From a virus (taxonomy: Duplodnaviria > Caudoviricetes), in IMG/VR virus record IMGVR_UViG_3300037310_000384, positions 1 to 24,129 of that record: a DNA stretch of 24,129 nucleotides. One strand, written 5' to 3'. The translations under genes and the position numbers were made by a program. The notes beneath the pieces are model-generated. The model saw nothing but the letters and a program-made list of their open reading frames with translations. It made no database searches and was not told the DNA's origin. Below are positions 1 through 6,776 of this stretch, piece by piece; the first letter of the stretch is position 1, and each line of letters starts with the position of its first letter.

Positions 1-753
1 AGTAGTGGCATCCGTAAAGCCAGGAATTGCCACTTGCCCGCCACCCAAATTGAAATCATTGAACGACTGAAGGCCGGTCTTACTTGCGCCCGTGTCTTCT
101 CCAATCGCATTGCTGCTATCAATGCTCTCAAAATCGTCTGCGCCCCCGGCCAGAGGGGTTGCGGCCAGCGCTCTTGGCCGGTTATTCGGAGCGCCGGTGG
201 GGCTATTCAGGTTAACCAGATTCACCAACCGCGACTTCTGGTTTATCTCGCCAATGCCGGTCGCGCCTACGGTCAAATTATCGAAGGTTTCCTCTTGGTT
301 AAAGAATTGGCTGCGGAGAATCAACTTAAATGTGTCAGGTTGGGAGCCATCCTCAACTTGCGCGCTGATGTCCACCCGCGAGGATGGGTATTTGGCCTCT
401 ACCCGCAAGGTATTCACCCCTGCGCCGGCGCTGCGGTCTTTCAAAATCAGACTTGCTTTAGTGGGCGTTGCGCCCACGACACGGCAAACGACAGCCTGCG
501 CGCCGGAAAAGACGTTGAAAAAGGTAAAGAGCGCGTCGTCCAGATAGCTATTGGGGTCAAACCCGCCGAAACGCCGCGCATAATCAGGCCAGCTGGTCAC
601 TACTGTGGGGGTGTTGACCGGCCCCCAAGGACTGTAGCCAACGACAAAAAACGTGCTGGACGGCTGCCGTTGCACGGGCCGCGCCACTTGCGCCTGGTTC
701 GTCAGAACGGTGACGCCCGGCAAGGTGTGTTCAATCGTAAAAGATTGCGCCAT
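1..753 (-). CDS. Contractile tail sheath protein, N-terminal part (runs off the left edge)
   Basis: Not in the ORF track. Manual translation from ATG 753 gives MAQSFTIEHTLPGVTVLTNQAQ...FFVVGYSPWGPVNTPTVVTSWPDYARRFGG...FTFFNVFSGAQAVVCRVVG, which has the PGV / GP..P..vtSw.dy...FGG / vvRV pattern of sheath proteins. It follows the neck genes. Confidence 0.88.
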   Translation of the reverse strand, partial: MAQSFTIEHTLPGVTVLTNQAQVARPVQRQPSSTFFVVGYSPWGPVNTPTVVTSWPDYARRFGGFDPNSYLDDALFTFFNVFSGAQAVVCRVVGATPTKASLILKDRSAGAGVNTLRVEAKYPSSRVDISAQVEDGSQPDTFKLILRSQFFNQEETFDNLTVGATGIGEINQKSRLVNLVNLNSPTGAPNNRPRALAATPLAGGADDFESIDSSNAIGEDTGASKTGLQSFNDFNLGGGQVAIPGFTDATT

Positions 754-754
754 C

Positions 755-952
755 TTACTTCTCCTTCAACGCTTTCTCGACGGCTTTTTCCGCCACTTCC
801 GCTCCGAGAGCCAATAGTCCGCGCTCCGCGAGGCGTCTATCAAAGGCCGCCAGAACGACTGTTTTTTTTGCGCCGCAAGTTCCGTGCGCGGCCAAAACGG
901 TGCCGTCGCTTAGAATCAACGGACGATTAAAGAGATTGGTGACTTCCTGCAT
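755..952 (-). CDS. Small hypothetical protein between the tail terminator and sheath genes
   Basis: 65-aa ORF packed 3 nt and 1 nt from its neighbours, in the position of Mu gp38. Confidence 0.6.
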   Translation of the reverse strand: MQEVTNLFNRPLILSDGTVLAAHGTCGAKKTVVLAAFDRRLAERGLLALGAEVAEKAVEKALKEK

Positions 953-955
953 AGC

Positions 956-1618
956 TCAATTAACCTCGACGCCGGGTAAATTTGGTTTATAGGGGCGCGA
1001 CGGCGGCGACGGCGTGACGTTGATTATCAACTCCGAGACGGGCGTTCCGGCGGCCCTCCGGTCTGGTTCACGCCATTTGAAGCGCGTCGTAACGTGCTGC
1101 GCGTAGGCCGTCATCTGCGGCATCCGCGCTATGAATTCGTGGCCGGCCAGCGTCAGCGGGTCGAGGGTGAGCAGCACGTTGTCGGTCTCCTCCGTCTCCG
1201 GGTCAATCACCTCCGCCCGCAGCCGCAGACCGGCCAGCGCGGCGCGCACATCAGCCATCATTTTCAACAGGCCGACGCCCCCAGCCGCGCCGCGCCGCCG
1301 GGCCTTGTCGCCACGCGCATCGTCGGCGCAACCGATGACGCTGAAGGTGCAGCGATGCTCGACAATCCTCGGCTGGTCGAACGCTACGGCGACAGGCGGG
1401 CTGTAAACATCCTCGCCATCGGTGTAGGACACCAAGACGAGCGGGAAATTGGGCGAGTTCTCGCGCACAAAGGCCCGCAACGTCTCGGCGTCCAACTCCC
1501 CGCCGTAGAACCCCAGAGTTTTCAAATAACCGCCTTCGCTCGTCTTCAAGGGCGTCAGCGCGGCGCAGATGCCGTCCTCGATGCCGCCCACGAATTCGTC
1601 AAACTCAAGCTGTCGCAT
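956..1618 (-). CDS. Tail terminator/completion protein (Mu gp37-like)
   Basis: Start moved to ATG 1618 (MRQLEFDEF...). Contains IEDGICAAL, YGGELD, FPLVLVSY and a RRGAAGGVGLLKMMADVRAALAG segment typical of gp37-like proteins. Synteny agrees. Confidence 0.7.
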   Translation of the reverse strand: MRQLEFDEFVGGIEDGICAALTPLKTSEGGYLKTLGFYGGELDAETLRAFVRENSPNFPLVLVSYTDGEDVYSPPVAVAFDQPRIVEHRCTFSVIGCADDARGDKARRRGAAGGVGLLKMMADVRAALAGLRLRAEVIDPETEETDNVLLTLDPLTLAGHEFIARMPQMTAYAQHVTTRFKWREPDRRAAGTPVSELIINVTPSPPSRPYKPNLPGVEVN

Positions 1619-1620
1619 AC

Positions 1621-1694
1621 GGTTTTGGGTCTTGGGCCTTTGGTCTTGGGCAGCGGTCAAAGGCCCAAGACCCAAAACCAAAGACCAAAGACCA
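1621..1694. repeat. Heptamer-built 22-bp perfect inverted repeat plus CCAAAGA tandem units
   Basis: GGTTTTGGGTCTTGGGCCTTTG (1621-1642) is the exact reverse complement of 1658-1679, and further CCAAAGA units follow. Confidence 0.9.
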
Positions 1695-2159
1695 TCACAG
1701 CCGCGCGACGTGCCGCTTGAAGATAGCGGCGAGGGCGTCGTAATCCTCGTCCTGAAACATCAGGAAAGGCCGCGCCGGTGTCTTGCTGTGGCCGCGCCCC
1801 GCGCCGCCCGGATAGCCGAAGTGCTGGCGCGGGCCGTAGATGACGTTGGTGCCGATTTCCACGCCGGGCGCGCTCACCAGCCGGAACGACATCGAGTTTT
1901 TCAACCGCGCGGTGTCAATCAGGATTTGCGCCCCGCCGCGCCCGCGTCCTGTGCGGCGTCGTTGCAACGTGGCCGCCGCCAGCTTTTGCCACTTCTGCGG
2001 GCGTCCCTGCGCCCGGAAGTTCCGCTCAATCGAGCCGAGCATGTACGCGCCCGCCGCCTTCAGCGGACGCTCCACCTGCCGCGTGTCGGTGGCGAGTTCG
2101 CCAATGCGCCGGATGACGCGCTCAAGTCCTGTAATGCCTTCGCTCATGTTGTTCATCAA
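1695..2159 (-). CDS. Phage virion morphogenesis protein (Mu gpG/gp31-like neck protein)
   Basis: Motifs RNFRAQGRPQKWQKL, ILIDTARLKNSM, VEIGTNVIYG..QHFG and PARPFL. The start may be ATG 2147. Confidence 0.88.
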   Translation of the reverse strand: MMNNMSEGITGLERVIRRIGELATDTRQVERPLKAAGAYMLGSIERNFRAQGRPQKWQKLAAATLQRRRTGRGRGGAQILIDTARLKNSMSFRLVSAPGVEIGTNVIYGPRQHFGYPGGAGRGHSKTPARPFLMFQDEDYDALAAIFKRHVARL

Positions 2160-2168
2160 TCGTCAATA

Positions 2169-2196
2169 GTAGAGACGCGATGCATCGCGTCTCTAC
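2169..2196. repeat. GTAG-type REP-like perfect palindrome
   Basis: GTAGAGACGCGATGCATCGCGTCTCTAC is a 28-bp perfect intergenic palindrome starting with GTAG, flanked by TCAATCG-like heptamers. Confidence 0.8.
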
Positions 2197-2219
2197 GCCA
2201 CGATTGACGACTCACGATT

Positions 2220-2663
2220 TCAAAACCCGCTCAACTTATCGTCCGTGAAAACCGGACTCGTGTTACCCTTCAAAACCCTGTCAGGGCTGGCCGGATTCGT
2301 TGTCGTTTCCTCAGCCGCCGGCACGTCGAGCGCGGCCTTGCCCTGCTGCACGTCGGTCAGGAATTTCACCGCTGCGTCGTGCGCGTCCTTGCGGACTTTG
2401 TACTCGCCTTCGGTGTCTTTGGCCCGCGATTTGAACAGGTGAAAGACGGCCAAATCCAAGCAGACGGCTTGCACTTTCGGCGTCACCGGCACGGGCAGCG
2501 CGTAGCGCGTCCGGGCGTAACCCTCGAACGTCCCGACCGCGAACGCCAGCGCTTTTTCAACCCGGCGGGCGTTGAGCAACCCGCTCCCGTCGTCGTCGGT
2601 AAGTTGGACGAGCCGGTCAATACCCAACTCATCTTCGAGGTCTTGCTGAGTCAAATAGCTCAT
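2220..2663 (-). CDS. Head-tail connector (Mu gp36 / DUF1320-like)
   Basis: Start at ATG 2663. MSYLTQQDL...LVQLTDD...RYALPVP...CLDLAVFHL...AVKFLTDVQQGKAAL matches the gp36 pattern. Confidence 0.88.
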   Translation of the reverse strand: MSYLTQQDLEDELGIDRLVQLTDDDGSGLLNARRVEKALAFAVGTFEGYARTRYALPVPVTPKVQAVCLDLAVFHLFKSRAKDTEGEYKVRKDAHDAAVKFLTDVQQGKAALDVPAAEETTTNPASPDRVLKGNTSPVFTDDKLSGF

Positions 2664-3118
2664 TGTCCGATTGCGGATTGTGGCATGCGGAGTTTGGATT
2701 GAAAGAAACGTGCCTCCTGCTTCCCGCTTCCTGCCTCCTGCCTCCTGCCTCCTGCCTCCTGCGACCAGTTGTAGGCGGCGGCCCCGAAGTGGATGCCGCC
2801 ACCGATGTAGCGCATCACGCGGGCGGCGCGCGGGTGTTTTTTTTCGAGCCACAGCGTCAACGCATAGACGCCGCCGGCCACGCCCCAATACACCGCTTTG
2901 CGCGTCGCGCCCTGTAACAGCGGGTTGCGCTCGACAAACCCGCGCCGCAACGCCTGTTCGGTGCTGACGTAATCCGCCGCCACGCCGCCCCAATACACGG
3001 ACGACGAAACCACGAACTGTCGCTTGTCAAATGTGGGCGCAGGTGAGGCCGCGCTCTGCGCCCGCGCCGCCAACGGCGCTATCACTCCCAACAACACAAT
3101 AGCCAACCAACGTCGCAT
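2660..3118 (-). CDS. Exported/membrane protein (DUF5658-like motif) whose C-terminus reads through a repeat element
   Basis: Signal-peptide-like MRRWLAIVLLGVIAPLAARAQ, motif ADYVST..AL..G..ErNPL and two hydrophobic stretches. It overlaps both neighbours by 1-4 nt. Confidence 0.6.
   Translation of the reverse strand: MRRWLAIVLLGVIAPLAARAQSAASPAPTFDKRQFVVSSSVYWGGVAADYVSTEQALRRGFVERNPLLQGATRKAVYWGVAGGVYALTLWLEKKHPRAARVMRYIGGGIHFGAAAYNWSQEAGGRRQEAGSGKQEARFFQSKLRMPQSAIGQ
2667..2762. repeat. Composite heptamer element, copy A: (CGGATTG)n - TTGAAAGAAACG - (CCTCCTG)n
   Basis: Read directly from the sequence. A second copy lies at 19222-19328. Confidence 0.85.
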
Positions 3119-3333
3119 CACTTCACCTCTTCCACCAGCTTCGCGCCGCCCGGCCTGTCGAGCCACGCCACGACCAACGGGTCGTTCGTAATTTCGCCTT
3201 GCCGGTAAATGTCAAGCTGCTGCACTAGAATGCGCGCCCAGCGCGCCGGGGCCGGCACAGCGGCGGGAGGCGGGTTTCCCTCTGTCTCCCCATCTCCCTT
3301 TCTCCCCGTCTCCCTGGTTACCTTCGTTGCCAT
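3118..3333 (-). CDS. Small hypothetical protein following the capsid gene
   Basis: 71-aa ORF with AGGAGG upstream. Contains a CTCCCCRT-like octamer array at about 3277-3314. Confidence 0.6.
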   Translation of the reverse strand: MATKVTRETGRKGDGETEGNPPPAAVPAPARWARILVQQLDIYRQGEITNDPLVVAWLDRPGGAKLVEEVK

Positions 3334-3343
3334 CGTCGCCTCC

Positions 3344-4411
3344 TTACTGCTTGACGGTCATCACCACGACGGACTTGGCGAATTGCATTCGCGGGCCGCC
3401 GTAGAAGCCGCCCGTGAGTTCGATACGCGGGTTTTTGCCCGCGCCCAAGTCGGCCATGCTGACCGCCGCGCTGCCGCGATTCGATTGGCCGTTGACCTCG
3501 ATGAAGGCGAACATGCCCGGCGCGGCTTGCCCGGCGCGGTTGAGCCGGTGAGGCGTCGGCGTCAGGCAAAAATCGCCCACTTTCTGGCCCGCCGGACGGC
3601 GGCCCGGAATGGCGATTTTGCCGTCCGGGATGAACAGCTCGAAGTCGCCGTCCAGTTTGTAATAGCCCTCGTCATAGACTTCGAGCATGGGCAGGCCGCG
3701 CGCGCCCAACAGCTTGTTCATCTCGCCGAGGTCCGAAGGCGTGTTGCGGAAATTCTCGGCGCGGAAACCGGCCAGGTCGTTGGCGTTGGCGTTTTCCAGC
3801 AACCAGTTGGCGGTGGTTTGGTTGAGATAGGCTTTCGCGCCCTGAATGGTCGCGCCCGTGCCGCGAAAGAGCAGCTTGACCTGATTGAAATCGTGGAGCG
3901 GGCGCGCGGTGGCGACCGTATCCCAATCCACCGCCGCATCGTAGGTCTGCACCGGGAACGTCTCGCTCACCTTGACGCCGTTTTCGTCAATGGCGAAGCC
4001 GCCAAAGAGCGCTTGCCAGCGCAGCCATTCGGCGCGGATTTTGTTTTTGTCCATGCGGGCCTTGAGCGTGCGCCCGACGAGCGTGGTCAAGTCCACCATC
4101 CCGCCGAGCGTGCCGAGTTCGCGGGCGCGCAGCAGTTCGTTTTCGCGGATAACATCGGTTTCTTTGAAGTGCAGCGGTTCGTAGCGATGCGTCTTCGAGC
4201 CGGGGCGCGCGGCCTGTTTGGGGTCTGTGCCGGGATTGTGCGCGGCGGTCATGCCCAGTTCGTGGTCGAGTTCGTCCCACTCCACGAACGTCGTTTCGGT
4301 GTCCATGAAGGGCAGAATTTCCTCGCCCTTGAACATATCGGACGGAATCTCGTAATCGCGCACTACCTCGTTGAGCGACTCGTTCGTCGGGAAGCGATAG
4401 GTTATTGCCAT
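3344..4411 (-). CDS. Major capsid protein (lambda gpE-like family)
   Basis: 355 aa with a GAGGAG RBS. Motifs ETTFVEWD, PLHFKETDVI, EWLRWQALFGG, W..ATARPLHD, VYDEGY and FIPDGK. It follows the protease and decoration genes. Confidence 0.85.
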   Translation of the reverse strand: MAITYRFPTNESLNEVVRDYEIPSDMFKGEEILPFMDTETTFVEWDELDHELGMTAAHNPGTDPKQAARPGSKTHRYEPLHFKETDVIRENELLRARELGTLGGMVDLTTLVGRTLKARMDKNKIRAEWLRWQALFGGFAIDENGVKVSETFPVQTYDAAVDWDTVATARPLHDFNQVKLLFRGTGATIQGAKAYLNQTTANWLLENANANDLAGFRAENFRNTPSDLGEMNKLLGARGLPMLEVYDEGYYKLDGDFELFIPDGKIAIPGRRPAGQKVGDFCLTPTPHRLNRAGQAAPGMFAFIEVNGQSNRGSAAVSMADLGAGKNPRIELTGGFYGGPRMQFAKSVVVMTVKQ

Positions 4412-4420
4412 TGTTTCTCC

Positions 4421-4460
4421 TCTGACATCTGAAATCTCAAATCTGAAATCTCAAATCTAA
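4421..4460. repeat. Heptamer tandem array (ATCTSAA)n upstream of the capsid gene
   Basis: tctgacatctgaaatctcaaatctgaaatctcaaatctaa fills the spacer between the decoration and capsid genes. Confidence 0.85.
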
Positions 4461-5014
4461 AACTTGAAAATGCCCGCGACGGCGCTGACGCCGCCGAGTT
4501 CCGTCTTGGCCGTGCCGTCCAGCCCGCTCAGGTCCGCTTCGACCAACAAACCGCCGATGATGGCCGGGATGGGCGTGTCGCCCACGCCGTCGCTCGCTTC
4601 GTCGGCAATGAACTTGGCGACCTGCGAACCATCGCTGCCCAAGACCGCCGCGCCCGCCGCCACCGCGACGGCGGCGTTGCCCGTCAGCGTGATGATGTTG
4701 GTCGTCGTGTTGACGCCGCCCGGCGCAATCGTGCCGATGGTCGCGCCGGCGGCATTTTTCAGCACATCGCCCGGCGTGAACACGGAGGCGTCGGCCACTT
4801 GGCCCGTCGTACTGTTGGTGGCGAAACCTGCGCCGGCGGCCAGTGCATGAGTGCGCCGCCGGGCCAGGCCCGTCGCCGTGATGAGGCCGCACACCGCGCC
4901 GCGCGCGACCGCGAAACCGGCGGCAATCGTGGCGTTGACCAAAATCACCAAGTCTTCTCTCAGCGCGGCCAGCGACTTACGCGCCGGGTCTGTTCTGACT
5001 AAAGTAGTTGGCAT
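4457..5014 (-). CDS. Head decoration protein (lambda gpD-like position)
   Basis: Ala/Gly/Thr-rich 185 aa with TIAAG..VARGAVCGLITATG, located between scaffold and capsid. Confidence 0.65.
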   Translation of the reverse strand: MPTTLVRTDPARKSLAALREDLVILVNATIAAGFAVARGAVCGLITATGLARRRTHALAAGAGFATNSTTGQVADASVFTPGDVLKNAAGATIGTIAPGGVNTTTNIITLTGNAAVAVAAGAAVLGSDGSQVAKFIADEASDGVGDTPIPAIIGGLLVEADLSGLDGTAKTELGGVSAVAGIFKF

Positions 5015-6063
5015 TATTTGTCACCTCCGTCTTTTGTCTGCGGCAGGCCCGCCGCTTTTCGCAACGCGGCCACCTCGCCCGGATTGGCGAAGTTGGACGT
5101 GCCGTCTTCGGCCAGATTCGAGAATCTCTCGCCGAACTGGACGAACGGGCCGAGACCGCCAAGAAAGCCCTTGAACCACTCAAGCTGCGATTGCTCGCGC
5201 TTGGTCTCGGTCTTCACGCCGTCTTTCTCGCTGAATTCGATGGTCGTCACTTTGGCGTCGCTGCCGGAGAGCGAGACCATAAACTCCACGACGCCCATCT
5301 GCCTGAAGGCCGGGGGGAACTTAGCCGCGCCCAACTTCTCGCAGAAAGACTCAATTTCGACGCGCGTGGCGTGGCCGTTCTGTGCGGCGACCTGCTGTTT
5401 CAGGGCGTCGGTTTCGGCGACGGCGGCCTGTAGCTTCTCCGTGAAATCCGCCGTCAGCCTCTCGGTGGCCGCCGCGACCGCCTCGTCGGCAATGCGCTTG
5501 GCGTTGGCGTCGGCCTCGCTGAAGTTGGCCGGGGCCGGCGAGGGCGTCGGAGGGCCGCCGCCGAGAATCTTTTTCAGCCATTCTCCGGCTGTCATTCGTT
5601 CGTCTTTTTCGCTCATTGTGTCCTCACTGAAAGAGACTGTGACGGTGGGCGCGACGCCCGCCGCATGAAATTGGATAGGCCGCAAGCCCTTGACCGCCGG
5701 CGGCTGCGCGCCCAAAAATCCGACGTGGCGCAAGGCCGGCCCGTCGGCGTTGAGGTAAAAACTGGCGGAACGCTTCTTGAATTTGCCCGCCGCGACCATC
5801 GCCTCGAAGTCGTCGTCCGTGTCCGCAAACTGCGCCCACAAACTGCCGTCCTCGAATTTCAAAGCCGACACCCAGCCGAAAGCTGGGCCGTTTTCTTCAG
5901 GATGGCCGATAACCGCCGGCGCTTCGTGGGCTTCCGGGTGATAGGATTTGACGACCTGCTCGAAGAACGCGGCGTCCAGATTGCGCGGACGGCCCTCGCT
6001 GTCCGGCCACGTCCCCTCGCGGCAAATCTCTATCCATTGATTGCCAAAGCCCCGTTGCGCCAT
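5014..6063 (-). CDS. Mu-like prohead protease/scaffold (gpI/gpZ-type)
   Basis: ATG 6063 has GGAG just upstream. Motifs WIEICREGTW, APAVIGHP, PAFGWV, FKKRSASF and LRHVGFLGAQPPAVKGL. A helical scaffold-like C-half begins at an internal M (MSEKDE, preceded by GAGG). Confidence 0.88.
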   Translation of the reverse strand: MAQRGFGNQWIEICREGTWPDSEGRPRNLDAAFFEQVVKSYHPEAHEAPAVIGHPEENGPAFGWVSALKFEDGSLWAQFADTDDDFEAMVAAGKFKKRSASFYLNADGPALRHVGFLGAQPPAVKGLRPIQFHAAGVAPTVTVSFSEDTMSEKDERMTAGEWLKKILGGGPPTPSPAPANFSEADANAKRIADEAVAAATERLTADFTEKLQAAVAETDALKQQVAAQNGHATRVEIESFCEKLGAAKFPPAFRQMGVVEFMVSLSGSDAKVTTIEFSEKDGVKTETKREQSQLEWFKGFLGGLGPFVQFGERFSNLAEDGTSNFANPGEVAALRKAAGLPQTKDGGDK

Positions 6064-6091
6064 ACTCCGCTCAAAAATTGTATGCAATAGA

Positions 6092-6178
6092 AAAAGCCCG
6101 CCGGTTCTTTCTCAGAACCAACGGGCTTCTCACGAGCCTCTAAAATTGCGTTACATTGAAGGGCCTCTCGCGGGCCTC
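6092..6178 (-). promoter_or_regulatory. Structured RNA leader, copy 1: two GAG boxes plus a terminator hairpin
   Basis: Minus-strand RNA GAGGCCCGCGAGAGGCCC...GAGGCUCGUGAG-AAGCCCGUUGGUUCU(GAGAA)AGAACCGGCGGGCUU-UUU. Repeated at 17512-17595 with compensatory changes. Confidence 0.8.
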
Positions 6179-6185
6179 GCTACTG

Positions 6186-6216
6186 TCCTTATATTATAAG
6201 GAGCGAAAAATGTAAA
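6186..6216 (-). promoter_or_regulatory. Sigma70-like promoter with an overlapping palindrome
   Basis: TTTACA (6216-6211), 17 nt, TATAAG (6193-6188). A TATAAT also lies in the spacer. Palindrome TCCTTATA-T-TATAAGGA at 6186-6202. Confidence 0.55.
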
Positions 6217-6218
6217 CC

Positions 6219-6407
6219 CTAACCGGCGGTAACGCTTGTCCGCGCCACCAGTTCGAGCCGCACGTCCGGCGCGCTCCATCGCTTTAAGGGCAAAGTGATT
6301 TTTGCCAGCCGCTTGCACTTGCGGCACACCATCTCCACGTCGGCCCGTGACTCCGGGCCGGCGCGAAACAACAGGGCATTACAGGAATTGCAACGAACGT
6401 CGTGCAT
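6219..6407 (-). CDS. com: Com-family zinc-finger RNA-binding regulator
   Basis: 62 aa from ATG 6407. VRCNSCNALLFR...VEMVCRKCKR matches the RCxxCxxLL...ExxCxxC pattern of Mu Com. Confidence 0.8.
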   Translation of the reverse strand: MHDVRCNSCNALLFRAGPESRADVEMVCRKCKRLAKITLPLKRWSAPDVRLELVARTSVTAG

Positions 6408-6533
6408 GTTCAGGTCTGCGCTTGCATTTAACACGCGCCAGAAACGCGCCAGAATCCCCAGAATCGCCCGGACGGGGTAATCGCAAGACGGGACGGCTAC
6501 TTTCAACCTGGGGCAAATATGCGCGAAATATGC

Positions 6534-6776
6534 TCAGGCGGCTTGGGCAGCCTCGACGCGCTCGAACTGAATGCCGTTGTCGCCCGGATAGGGCGCGGTG
6601 TGGCCGTTGCGTCCGAGCCAGATTTCATCAGGGATGCCGCCGGGAAAGGCCGGGCAAGTGCGGTCAAGTTGGTAATGAGCGCAGAAAGTACACACCGAAC
6701 TAAAGAGCGGCTGGCGACTACGCGCTATGGCCGTCCGGTATTGCTCTTTAATTTGCGCTATTGTTTCCATCCTCAC
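6534..6776 (-). CDS. Small Cys/His protein, candidate immunity partner of the MuF extension
   Basis: CTFCAH-x5-TCPAFPGGIPDEIWLG..GH..PYPGDNGIQFE. It is coupled to the MuF stop (GTGA overlap, or ATG 6770). Confidence 0.7.
   Translation of the reverse strand: MRMETIAQIKEQYRTAIARSRQPLFSSVCTFCAHYQLDRTCPAFPGGIPDEIWLGRNGHTAPYPGDNGIQFERVEAAQAA

Noticed and set aside
34-930. 298-aa plus-strand ORF
   Set aside because: Antisense shadow of the tail sheath gene, with no motifs of its own.
2667-2762. Possible CRISPR array or DGR template/variable repeat pair with 19222-19328
   Set aside because: No repeat-spacer structure, differences between copies are not adenine-specific, and no cas or reverse transcriptase gene is in the window.
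3209-4432. 407-aa plus-strand ORF
   Set aside because: Antisense shadow of the capsid gene with no recognisable domain, unlike the ORF inside the intein.
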